From: Hydrolagus affinis
Taxonomy: Eukaryota
Reading direction: 5' to 3'
Assembly: GCA_012026655.1 (NCBI GenBank)
Contig: JAAILG010000118.1
Location: 62,001-126,000 of the forward strand
Length of the DNA: 64,000 nucleotides
Position 1 is the stretch's first letter. Every line of letters starts with the position of its first letter. A program made the translations under genes and the position numbers. This document shows positions 13,021-24,315 of the stretch, piece by piece. The notes under the pieces are model-generated. The model ran no database searches, was not told where the DNA came from, and saw only the letters and a list, made by a program, of their open reading frames with translations.

Positions 13021-14849
13021 TTGTTAAACCAGCATAAACAAAGCAATCAGTAGGGTGGGCTACAATGCTACATCATTTGAGTTCATGTATTCAGAAGGTT
13101 GTGGAGCACTAAGGTTATTGTGTACCTAAAGTATTGCATATAGCTCCAGTTGATGCAAGATTGGTGAGATGCACTGTCCCTAGATAAAACTCTAAAGACA
13201 AATAGGTGCAAGAACAAGAAGCCAAATCCTCACTGCTGGAGGGAAGAGGTGTGAGAAATGATTGGTTACTGCTGAATATCCAGAATTAGCCTTTATTTGT
13301 TTAAAAATGTAATTTTAGAATAATTATAAAAACAACAAACTGATTTTGTTTAGCACGTTTTATGTTAGGAGTAATATGCAGCTAGTGTGCATATTTGATC
13401 TATCTCCCTTCCTCCCTCCATATATTAACCCAACAATATTATGAGTGACAATTTAATGGATGATATCCTGTGAAATGCTTTCATACAGTTTAACGGTGTG
13501 AGATAATAAGGCACTATATCAAATGCAAGGATAACCATTATAATACTCTCAGGTTCCATGTTCCTCTTTTTGTGGATCTTTTGAAGAAATTCCATAGAAT
13601 TTGTTTTGTGTCCCATTTAAATCGCTGTGATTACTGTACTTCATCTGGATTGTGTTGTCACAAGTTTCATTTCAGTGTAGCAGATGAAAGCTTATTTAAC
13701 TCATTAATTCAGCTCTAGATTATTACTGAGCCTAACGAGAACTGTCGTCACTTCCCATTCCCCAACATGTCCCATTCCCCCACCCCAACCCCCTCCCGGA
13801 CAGATGGCTGAAAATCAAAGATGGGACATAATGAGTGGCTTGGAATGGTACCGAAGAGTGAGCCGCCAGTAATGATTTACAAAACCATTGTCAACCTGAG
13901 TACATCCATTCCTATACTCCCAACCAAACCCCTACCCCACTTACAGAGTAATGTAGCAACTTCACTCCTGTGTCTTAAGTAGCTTCCCAGCAACTAGAGA
14001 AAGCCCTGTATTGATGGGAGCAAGGGGACTTCAACCCTTCAGGCTAATAGTGCCATGATATATGCTTCTCACATTAATTGTTGCCGCAGGATAAAACCAC
14101 AGCTTGAAAAAGATACTTTGCAAAGTTCTTTTGTCCTAAAAATCTTGTATTTTTATAGTGCCTTATCACATCAAAGTGTCTCAAAGTGTAATTGCTTTCA
14201 AATGTAGATAGTAATTTTGTAAGTAAAAACAGCAGGCATTTGCAACAGCAAGGTCTTGGAAACAGCCATGAGGTGAATGATTATTTCATCTAAACAATTG
14301 TTGTCCAAGGCATGAGAAAGTCCCTTCTCTTTTAAAAGAATTTGATGGGAGTTTCATCCACAAAATATGCAGTCAATTCATGTAACAATATATCTTGTGA
14401 AGCACTTTGAGACATCGCAATGACATAATAAGGCACTATATCAAATGCAAGGATTATTAATATCTTTACCTCCTCACCTGAGCAGGCAGCAAAAACATTG
14501 ATTCAATGACTCTTCTGACCGAAGGCATTTCTGACAGTTCAGCACTCTTCAGAGCTACAATGGAAAGAAAAGGATTAAATTGCTTGGTATATTGCTTCAT
14601 TCACATCGCTGGTTGGAAGTTCAAACAAAACCCATGTTCCATCTGATCATAGTGGATATGATTCCTGAGTTTCATATTCCCATTGTAACTTGTATCTCCT
14701 TTCCCACATTCACTTCTTGATTCATATCAACCTCCCTCCCACTCTTGAACCTTTCTCGTGTCTGCACTATGTGCCTTGCTTGGCCCAATACCAAGGTTTC
14801 TCTAATGAAAAGGTTTTATGCTAGGACTCATCAGAGGCACTGCTATAAC

Positions 14850-15130
14850 AGACTCAGAAACATAAGATTTACAGACTAAAATGAAGATGGTTTAGGGGAA
14901 ACCTCATTAAATTATATGAAATAGTAAACGGTATAGATAAGTGAAGTAAGACAAGAAAGTGAGATAGGAAATAGAAATCAGTGACAAGTATACTTACGAA
15001 ATACATTTTTACTCAAAGCATACTCATGTTTGGAATAATCTACTAAGTAAAGCATTAAAGGCAATGTTTACATTATTTCAGGTGGAATTACATGGCATAT
15101 AAAGGATTTAATGAGCTTTAGTGAGCTTTT
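14850..15130 (+). mobile_element. CR1 LINE 3' remnant, highly degenerate
   Basis: TTTAGGGGAAACCTCATTAAATTATATGAAATAGTAAACGGTATAGATAA (LRGxLIxxYxIxxGxD) and TTTTTACTCAAAG...TGGAATAATCTAC. Confidence 0.6.
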
Positions 15131-15344
15131 TCTATTTTAGTTTCTTATCACTGAATTAATTCAATGGATTAACTCTCTCAATATATCACTTTCATCATTC
15201 CTACATAATTGCCTGACTTCATCACTGTGATATCCTGACACTGCCATTGTTGTTTGATTTCAGCATCTTGGCACTATCACAATTTTACTGTGTACTTATA
15301 CAGTCAATTAAACAAGGCAGGCCTACTGAAAATGATAAAAACAA

Positions 15345-15705
15345 CTCTTATATTTGATATTACATAATCGATCACAGAGAGCTCTACAGGATTTACTGTA
15401 AAGTGTAGAGACTATATTTTGCAGAAGAATGCAGAAGCGAATTTGTATAGCAATGTGCCGCAAACAGTTATGACAATCAAACTGAATGATCAATTTTACT
15501 TTTGAGGGATTGTTGGCCAGGATTCCCTTCTCTTTTTGAATAGTACCATAGGATGTTTAATATCGACAAGAACAGGCAGACTGGAGCTCAGTGTAATATC
15601 TCATGCAAGGGAGGATACCTCCATCATTAAAATGCGTCCCAACATCAGGCTTTAACCAACAAATGTCTGATTCACAGGTCAGAAGGCAACCAACTGAGCT
15701 GGGCT
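15345..15705 (-). mobile_element. Deu-SINE-like element, degenerate
   Basis: Same blocks as 310-703 (TTTTGAATAGTACCATAGGATGTTTAATATC and ...AACCAACTGAGC). Confidence 0.6.
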
Positions 15706-16483
15706 GCAATGTTACATTTTGATACTTAGATCCTAGAATAAACTAGAGACTTAATATAACCAACTTTAGCAATGGTTACCATCAAGATTTAAAATCTTAA
15801 ATGCCAATTGCAGGCTCAGACCTCTTGACAAGCGAATGAATACTAACAAGGAAATTGGAGCTATTAACACACTTCTTTTAAACTGAGTCCCTGTTGAGAG
15901 CTCAGCAACATTTACTGCTGAGTAGGCGTGAAAATATTTGTTTGGATGGGGCATTGACTCAGCAGGAGCTGGTACTGATATTGCCGACACAGAAGGAATG
16001 CTGGAGTCAATGATCCCCCAGCAAGCTCACAAGCTGAATGTATCCATATCATCAGGCGACATTTAATTACCTTTGGAATAAGGAGCTGGAGGATTCACCC
16101 AGGGGTTTGGGAATTCTCTGGGAAACGCACTGCGGGATGCAGCCTGGGTGTCCTCTGTGTGTGTACTCCTTTTGAAGAGAGATTATCAAAACCAAATGTT
16201 CATCCAAACTGTAAATGCCTCCACTGCTGAACCCTGCATCTGGGCATTCATTCTGTAGACAGGGATTGCTATAAGCTGCTAAGCACTGATCAAATGTTGG
16301 CTGATGTTCTTTCTTTTGTGTTACACTGCAATATTTGATATAGTATGCATTCTTTTCGTAATAGGTTACATTAAACTACATATCAAAAAATAATTAGACC
16401 TTTGCATCAGATAGTGCTTATGTATATATATATATATATATATTCTTACATTTGATATAGAGCTTTCAAATCAGGAGGATGTC

Positions 16484-16754
16484 ACAAATGCAGACTCCAG
16501 CTTGCTTCACGTCCCCTACCTTGCCCGCCCCACCATTGGCAGGTGAACCTTCATCCAATCTGCCCCCAACCTCTGAAACTTCATCCCGCAGTCCTTCCGC
16601 CTCGCCTCCTCCCATACCTCCTTCAAGTTCACCTTTCTTCCCCCATTGCCCTCCACCTCCTTGATCCCAAAGGCTAGCATTGGATCCAAAACACTGACTG
16701 TCCAGCACCTTAGGACATCCTCCTGATTTGAAAGCTCTATATCAAATGTCGTTG
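16484..16754 (+). mobile_element. L2 3' fragment inserted in a minus-strand SINE tail (host ~16443-16483 and ~16755-16840)
   Basis: C-rich L2 3' end finishing GACTGTCCAGCACCTTAGGACATCCTCCTGATTTGAAAGCTCTATATCAAATGTCGTTG. The flanks continue the SINE tail in reverse orientation. Confidence 0.75.
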
Positions 16755-18282
16755 CTTCACAGGATTTTTCTGGAAAGTGAAGTGACTGTTTACTTTATGG
16801 GTAAACTGCTGGAAGTGGTTAAGCATGCACACAATTTATTGCTCCAAACCAAGGCTCTGTTGCTTTTACTGTACTTCTTACTTTTCTGTTCAAAGAAAAT
16901 ATTTTTTCCTGTAAGTAAATGTACAAAGTGCTCCATGTCCTCATCAGAAACTATGCATTTGGCTTTGGCCTAAGTAAGTGAAAAATGTATTGCAATTGGA
17001 TTCACAATACAAATTAAACTATGTTTAATGCTGCCAGATGTGTCATGAATAAAAATGAAGGAGAAAATGCTGAAAATCACAGTGGCTTCCAAATTAGCAA
17101 CCAAGCTTCATAGTTTGTATGTAAATTAGAGCCATGTAGATGAAAGATCAGAGCCAGAAAACTCATCTATTTCTCTCTTTTAGATGCTAGTTGACTGTTG
17201 TTCTTGTGTTTATTTGAGGCATACAAATGTTACTTCAACTATTGGAGAAAAATGTTGTCTTAGTCTATAAGACTAAGCAAAATTTAACACTGCAAAATTG
17301 TGGAACATACTTCAATTTGATCTTAATTTGGAAACTAGTTCTTTTTAGGAAATGGACAGCATTGACTTCCAAGTTAAGACTGAACTTAAGAATTATCCTT
17401 AATTTTGTGCAATCTTAAATTATTAAACAATTTGGTCTTATACCACGTGGAATTTCTGGCCTTGCAGACTTTTATGCGGGCACAGTTTTCACCTACAAAC
17501 ATATAGTCCATTCACTTTACAGTATATTCTGTGAAGCATTTTGAAACATCTAGAAGACATGAAAAGCACAATATCAAATTCAAGGATTATTATTATTATT
17601 TATTACTTTCTAGGGGGTTAAGGTGTTAAGAGCTGCTCGGAGTGTTCCTGCTTTACTCCCTAATGCTGAGATCCAATGTATGTACTGAGTTCAATAATTC
17701 TGAATTCAGTTATTTTGATCACGTACTTTGCTTTCCACTGGAACCTGCAAACTTTTTCCAGAACTTCCAGACTCTTTTATTCAGTGTCGCCAACGCTTTG
17801 CTGCTTAAATGTGCATTCTCTGAAGCACACAAGTGGGACCCAGAAACTGATTTAACTAAATGCTCTGCCAACATTTTACAAAGTCCTGGGTTATATCTTT
17901 CAAAGCTGTTCTGTAGTCATTTGATTGCTGTTTGTTGACTTGGGAAAAAGTGAAATAATGCTGCAAAATAGTTTCAGTACAATATTTATTCATTCGTTGC
18001 AATATGCATTCATCTGAAGCAGTTAATAGTTACTACACAAATAGTTTACAGCAAGCTAACTTGTTTAGTCAGTAATAGCCCTATAACAACAAACGCACAC
18101 CAATTTCAATGGAAACTCCTACACAGAGGAGAAAACATTCCCAATTTTACCACGAAAAAGGTAATCATTAATCAAATATAATTGGCATTGTAATATACTC
18201 ATTGAAGTTCCTCTGTATGAGTGAACAGCTAGAAATAGAAGATAATAATAAATAATCGTTGTGTTTGATATAAATAATATTT

Positions 18283-18490
18283 GTGGAGTCCTGTAGCTCA
18301 GTGGTTAGAGCACTCACCTTATAAGCCAGAAACCTGGGTTTGATTCCAGGCAGAGCGAAACCTTGGAAAAGTTTCCTTACTCCATATGCCTGATAATAAT
18401 CCCTCGAGAAAAAATATATATTCTGTGAAGTGCTTTGAGATGACTAGAAGACGTGAAAAGCGCAATATCAAATGCAAAGATTATTATAAA
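18283..18490 (+). mobile_element. tRNA-derived SINE with internal deletion
   Basis: GTGGAGTCCTGTAGCTCAGTGGTTAGAGCACTC head joined after ATAATCCCTC directly to the TTCTGTGAAGTGCTTTGAG tail. Confidence 0.9.
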
Positions 18491-18511
18491 TGATAATACT
18501 ATATAATCTAA

Positions 18512-18828
18512 TAATAATAATTCTTGCATTTGATATAGCACTTTTCACATCTTATCGACTTCTCAAAGCGCTTCACAGAATATACTGTAAAGTGAATTAA
18601 CTATATATTTGTGGGCGAAATGTGACAGCCAACTGTGCATAGCAGTGTCCCACAAACAGTCATAGATTAAAATGGCATTTTTTTATTATTGTGGATTTTT
18701 TGGACAGATTATTATTAAGCGTGTGGAGTAAGGAAACTTGCCCAAGGTTTCACCCTGACCTGCCTGGATTCGAATATAAAGTCTCAATCTTGTAAGGCAA
18801 GTTCTCTAACCACTGAGCCACAGGAGCT
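18512..18828 (-). mobile_element. tRNA-derived SINE, full length, tail-to-tail with the previous copy
   Basis: Reverse complement matches the 22905-23230 copy along its length. A further minus-strand tail lies at ~18835-18900. Confidence 0.9.
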
Positions 18829-20004
18829 CCATTAATAGTAATCCTTGCATTTGATACAGCACATTTCACATCTTCCAGATATCTCAAAGCGCTTCACACA
18901 ATATGTGCCTTACCATGGCATCAACATCTGAAAGGACTTCACCTAATTTATGGTTGCCGTGAGGTTGAATTCTATCGTATTTTCTTCTAAATGCCATTGT
19001 GTTGGTATAACCGAGATTAACTTTTGTTTTGTGTTTTAGAGCTAGAAGTCTAAGAAAAGGCTGAGTTGCCAATAATACAGTTCTGTTGCTCAGGGCTATC
19101 AAAATGTTGCTCTGGACACTGTCCATGGGTTTGGTGTCACTCCACAAAGTAATTTTAACTCAAAACTATTTCATGACTACTAATTCAAACATGAAATAAA
19201 TGATGAGGGGAAAAATGTTCATAAACATAAATTACAATCAAATGAGTTCATGTGCTGACTGATCTTTAAAGGGATACTTCTTCCTTTTTAACACAATAAA
19301 TATTATAATTGCCATTCCCAAGATGAGCCAAGTTTCTGACTGGAGTATTTTGACTGAATTGTTATCTGAAGTTTAATCAGTCTGGATTGAGGAAGTATGC
19401 AGACTGACCAGAATTTCTTATGGAACGTAGCCTGAACACAAGCCTCCCCCACTCTTTATCATTTCATCTCACTTTTATTCATCATGTCCAGTTCCAAAGG
19501 AAAGAGAATCTGAGCAATACTTTGTTTTTGCATTATTATTAAATGCAATAGAAAGCTACAATGAATTCTGACTGTCCCTCCCCATCCCTCCCCCAACCCA
19601 GAGACTTACGGCCTCTGGTACGGAAGAGTGTGGCCGACACTGGGTGTGACTCTGGTTCGTAAAAACGTTATGAAGGACAAACTTTGTTTTCGGCAATTAG
19701 TTTTTGCATCGTTCAACTGAAACAGCAAAACTCCTATGACATTTTAGAGAATTGCAACTGCTCCAAATTAGTTGATCTGTGCACTGCAATCGTATTGTGA
19801 ATGTGATCATGCCTTACTGCTCTGTTGCAGTCAGTCAGCATTGTATCAGCTGGTTCTGATGTCAATGGAATGAGATGATTACAGTCAAATATTATATTTC
19901 TTTAAATAGAACCAGGTGGTTCTATATTTTTCACATAATTCATTTACCCTGATTGGATTGAAGATATGGTTTGATTTAAAGCTTGCTTTCAGCTCGCTTG
20001 CTCC

Positions 20005-20550
20005 ACGGTTGCAAACTCAACCTCACCAAGGAACCTAGGTGTCTTGATCGATCCTCAATTGTCTTTCCTCCCCCACATCCAAGCGATGACCCGCTCTGTC
20101 TTCCCTCACCTCCACAATATTGCCCGACTCCGCCATTACCTCATCCCCAAGGTCGCTGAAACCTTAATTCATGCCTTCATCACATCCCGGCTCGACTATG
20201 CCAATGCTCTGCTTGTCGGCCTTCCCAATTCCTCCTTCCATGAGTTGCAGATAATCCAGAAATCTGTGGCCTGTGTCCTCTACCACATCTTTCACTTCCC
20301 ATCACCCAGAGGATCCAATTCAAGATCCTGGTCCTCACATTCAAAGCTCTCCATGGCCTTGCCCCACCCTACATCTGCGACCTCCTAACACTCTACCAAC
20401 CTGTTTACCCACTCCGCTCAGCAGACACCTATCGGTCACCCCAAATCCCCTCCTTTCCCTCCATCCTCCCTGTCCCCAACTCCAGCTCAGGTCTGTCCAG
20501 CACCTTGGGATGTCCTCCTGACATGAAAGTGTAATGTTGTTGTTGTTATG
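20005..20550 (+). mobile_element. L2 LINE ORF2 3' fragment
   Basis: ORF 20044-20388 HLHNIARLRHYL...AETLIHAFITSRLDYANALLVGLP, with a (GTT)n tail at ~20536-20548. Confidence 0.92.
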
Positions 20551-21220
20551 CAAAGAAAGGTAGAATGAAAATGAAGTTCTGCACCAATCCAAAACTGAAA
20601 CACCAGGCTGGCTGTCCACCCATTCAGTGGATGTTTGATTTTTCATTAGAAGCCACTTGATAAAACTGTAAAAAAAAAAGAAATTCACTGACTGATTGGA
20701 TTGAAAAGTTAAGTTAGCAGATTATGAAAGGGGGGATTGATGATCCTTCAGTTTAGAGGTGCATAACATTTTAAATGGGATTGGAATAGCCACTCAGATT
20801 ATTATTTTAGGATGCACCAAGTACAGTAGAACAAAAAGATATGTGTTTAGTGTTGTAAGTTCAGGATAGATACTGTACCACAAAACTATTTTTTACTCAG
20901 AAGCTAATGAACAACTGGAACAGGATATCAATATCAAGCTGTGCGGTTTTAGCTGGTTAAACTCCAGCACTACCTCAATACACAGTGTGGATTCCCCCAA
21001 ACCTAAGCTGTTGCCAACCTGTGTCTAATGCTTTGTGGAATTAACTAAACAGAAGGAATCTCTCTGAGGGAAGAGTCTGCATTCTCTTCCAAACATGGGA
21101 ATTCCCATGAATAGGTGGGTGTCATGCAATCTGTCTGGGTTGGATATTTTTAAGCATGATGATGGGTTTCCACATGTATCAGACACTTGGAAAATGAGTC
21201 AAACATCCATGCTTATGTAT

Positions 21221-21693
21221 TCATAGAATCATAGAATTTTACAGCACAAAATGAGGCCATTCGGCCCATCAAGTCTATGCCGGCTCTTTGAAAAGAGCAA
21301 CTCAATCCCACTGCCCAGCTCTCTCCCCATAACCTAACAGACCTGTTCTCCCTAAATAAAGATCTAATTCTCTTTTAAAAGCTGTAATCGAATCAGCCTC
21401 CACCACCTTTTCAGGCAATGCATTCCAGATTCAAACAACCTGCTGAGTGAAAACATTTCTCCTCAGCTCCCCTCTGCTTCGTTTTGAAACTATTTTGAAT
21501 CTGTGACCACGAGTCACAGATTTGCCCACCAATGGAAACAGTTTTTCCTTATTCACCCTGTTGAATCCCCTCATGATTTTATAAACCTCTATTAGGTCTC
21601 CTCTCAACCTTCTCTGTTCTAGAGAGAATAAACCTAACCTATCTAGCCTTTCCTCATAACCGAAGTTCCTCAATCCTGGTACCATTCTAGTAA
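21221..21693 (-). mobile_element. CR1 LINE 3' end, 5'-truncated
   Basis: ORF 21431-21685 YEERLDRLGLFSLEQRRLRGDLIEVYKIMRG...TRGHRFK, and CR1 (ATTCTATG)n terminus seen as TCATAGAATCATAGAAT at 21221. Confidence 0.95.
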
Positions 21694-22904
21694 TTCAGCT
21701 ACAACTTGGCAAGATGGAACAGTGCAAATTTCCTCTGATTAGTGTGTCACCCAATCTAAATAGAAATATTAGCCACCTTCTGGCTACCCCATTCGAAAAT
21801 GAAAAGACATTTGAACAAGGGTAATGATGGTCATTCACAACGTATTCAGCAAATCAGTAAAAATATTATAATGGTTATAATGTTATAATATTATAATGGT
21901 TGGTAGCTGGTGCTGGTTAACCTCAGTACTGTGTTAACAGCACAGCTTTACAGTTCTGATACTGATGAGAAAACTTAACCTATTAAAAACAAAACCTCTT
22001 TATCCTGTTCAGAACAATGCGCATATCATTTTACCAGCAGTATCTCATTGGAGTAACCCCATACTTTAAAAGAAAACCTTAACGTCATTGAAAACTGAAG
22101 ATCTACACAAAGCCACACTCCAACATTTTGGACTCCATTCGATCTAACTGCTGTCACACTGTATGATTTCCTACCAGCTGTGGCACCTCTGGAATGAAGT
22201 TTCCAGAACATATTGTTCCTTTCCAGAGCTGTGCACATTCTTCATATTCATGAACTGTTCCTGTTGGTAAATGTTTCAGTCTAACATATATATAGATCCC
22301 CTCTTTGTGAAACACATTGGAAGCACAGTCTGCTTATGATCAAGCGCAGATTGTTTCTCTTCACACTAATTGTTTCACAGCAATGTGGTTATAATGATGC
22401 ACCACAACTGAGAAAAATACTTATATTCTGTATCTGCTTAGTATCTTCTCTATAACACCTGAAGGAAACAAAACTCACAGATGGTGTAATACTGTCTCTA
22501 GATGAAGTATGCTAGCATCAGTGCTATGGAATGGTTATATTTCAAGCAGATAAATCACTCTGATATTCACTCTGGGTTACATACAGACTGTACTGGATTC
22601 AGCTCTGACTGGCAGGATTCCAATGTATGTGCACAAATAAATGTACAACCAGCAGGCTGATCAGGGCTGGAAACCCAGCATATTACTGGAAACCAAATGA
22701 TCTGCAGAAATCACTTTTGTAATGTTTAGTGTTCATATAATCTTTTTTTTTAAATGTAGCCATTGCTGCAATTCCTTCCATGGAACACTTAGTCTGATCA
22801 TTGAAAAGGGTTTTAAAACCAGCCAACCTTGATGACAATGCTCCATATTCAATAAGAAGAGTCACAAATCATGAGAATAAAAGTGCACTCTACAAGGAAT
22901 ATTC

Positions 22905-23230
22905 GAGCTCCTGTAGCTCAGTGGTTAGAGCACTGACTTTACAAGCATGAGACCTATGTTCGAATCCAGGTAAATCAGGGCAAAACCTTGGGCAAGATTC
23001 CTTATTCCACATGCCAAATAATAATCCATCCCCAAAAAAACCACAATAATAAAAATTGGTCATTTCAATCCATAACTGTTTGTGGGACACTGCTGTGCGC
23101 AATTGGCTGCTGCGTTTCGCCCACAAATATACAGTCAATTCACTTTACAGTATATTCTGTAAAGCGCTTTGAGACATTGATAAGATGTGAAAAAGCGCTA
23201 TATCAAATGCAAGGATTATTGATTATTATT
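22905..23230 (+). mobile_element. tRNA-derived SINE, full length
   Basis: A box TAGCTCAGTGG, B box GTTCGAATCC, family core, and ATCAAATGCAAGGATTATT tail. Confidence 0.92.
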
Positions 23231-23481
23231 AATATTAGCATGGTGTGTTTGTCAATGTGACCTGCAGAGGACAATAAACAGGGCAATAAATTTCAAAATG
23301 ATGTTGAATATACTTTAAATATTGCCATAGCAAAACAACAAATGGAAAAATGAAAGGGTAAAGGCAGAGGCTCATGAGACCATTAGCTGTCCTCAGGATA
23401 TGAGGAGAGCAATTAATAGAATTACATCAATACAGAGAGTGCAAATATCTCTCTTAGCATGTGTAGAACATGTGGAAAAAT

Positions 23482-23755
23482 GTGGAATCCTGTAGCTCAG
23501 CAGTTAGAGCACTCGCCTCGCAAGCGAGAGACCTGAGTTTGTTTCCTGGCAGGGTGAAATGTTGAACCTTACTCCACACACACCTCTTTACCAAGAAATA
23601 ACTAGGAACCCAGTTGTTAGTTATTAGGCAGGATCACTTTTCCGGGGGTAATAATGCCTTAAAAGAAATTGCTCACTTCAATCCACGACTGTACGTGGGA
23701 CACTGCTGTTGTGTTACATCCACAAAATATACAGTCAATTCACATTCTGTGACGT
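23482..23755 (+). mobile_element. tRNA-derived SINE, longer variant with extra central segment
   Basis: Same head, then an extra ~80 bp (CCTCTTTACCAAGAAATAACTAGGAACCCAG...CCGGGGGTAATAATGCC) before the shared CCACGACTG...GTGGGACACTGCTG block. Confidence 0.8.
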
Positions 23756-23989
23756 GACCACAATATGACCAACACATGACCAAAACATGCCCACAATATA
23801 CACAGTCACACCACTTTTCATTGTATCTGTGCATTCCTTACCTCAAAGTGCTGTAAAAGGCTTTGAAATGTCTTGACAATGTGCTGAATCAAATGCAAGG
23901 GAAATTACCATTAAAACATCACAACAACACTCTGCCAGAAAAAAAATTTAAGACACAGTGCCTAGTACTGAGCTTGCCTGCTGACATTA

Positions 23990-24315
23990 TGAGCTCTGTA
24001 ACTCAGTGGTTAGAGCACTCGCCTGAGAAGCGTGAGACTGTGTTTGAATCCAAGTGGATCAGGGCGAAACCTTGGGCAAGTTTCCTTACTCCACATGCCT
24101 GATAATAATCCTTCCAAAAAAAAACCACAATAATAAATTGGTCAATAAATTGGTAATTTCAATCCACGACTGGGACACTGCTGTGCACAATTGGCTGCCG
24201 CATTTCGCCCACAAATAGACAGTCAATTCACTTTACAGTATATTCTGTGAAGTGCTTTGAGACGTCGATAAGATGTGAAAAACCCCTATCTCAAATGCAA
24301 GGATTATTATTACTA
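23990..24315 (+). mobile_element. tRNA-derived SINE, full length
   Basis: Head CTGTAACTCAGTGGTTAGAGCACTCGCC, with core and tail as in other copies. Further tail-only copies at ~24465-24530 and ~24790-24901. Confidence 0.9.

Noticed and set aside
22905-22985. tRNA genes at TAGCTCAGTGGTTAGAGC...GTTCGAATCC motifs (many copies)
   Set aside because: Each runs into the same SINE body and tail, and the stems and anticodons are mutated differently in each copy. They are SINE heads, not tRNA genes.
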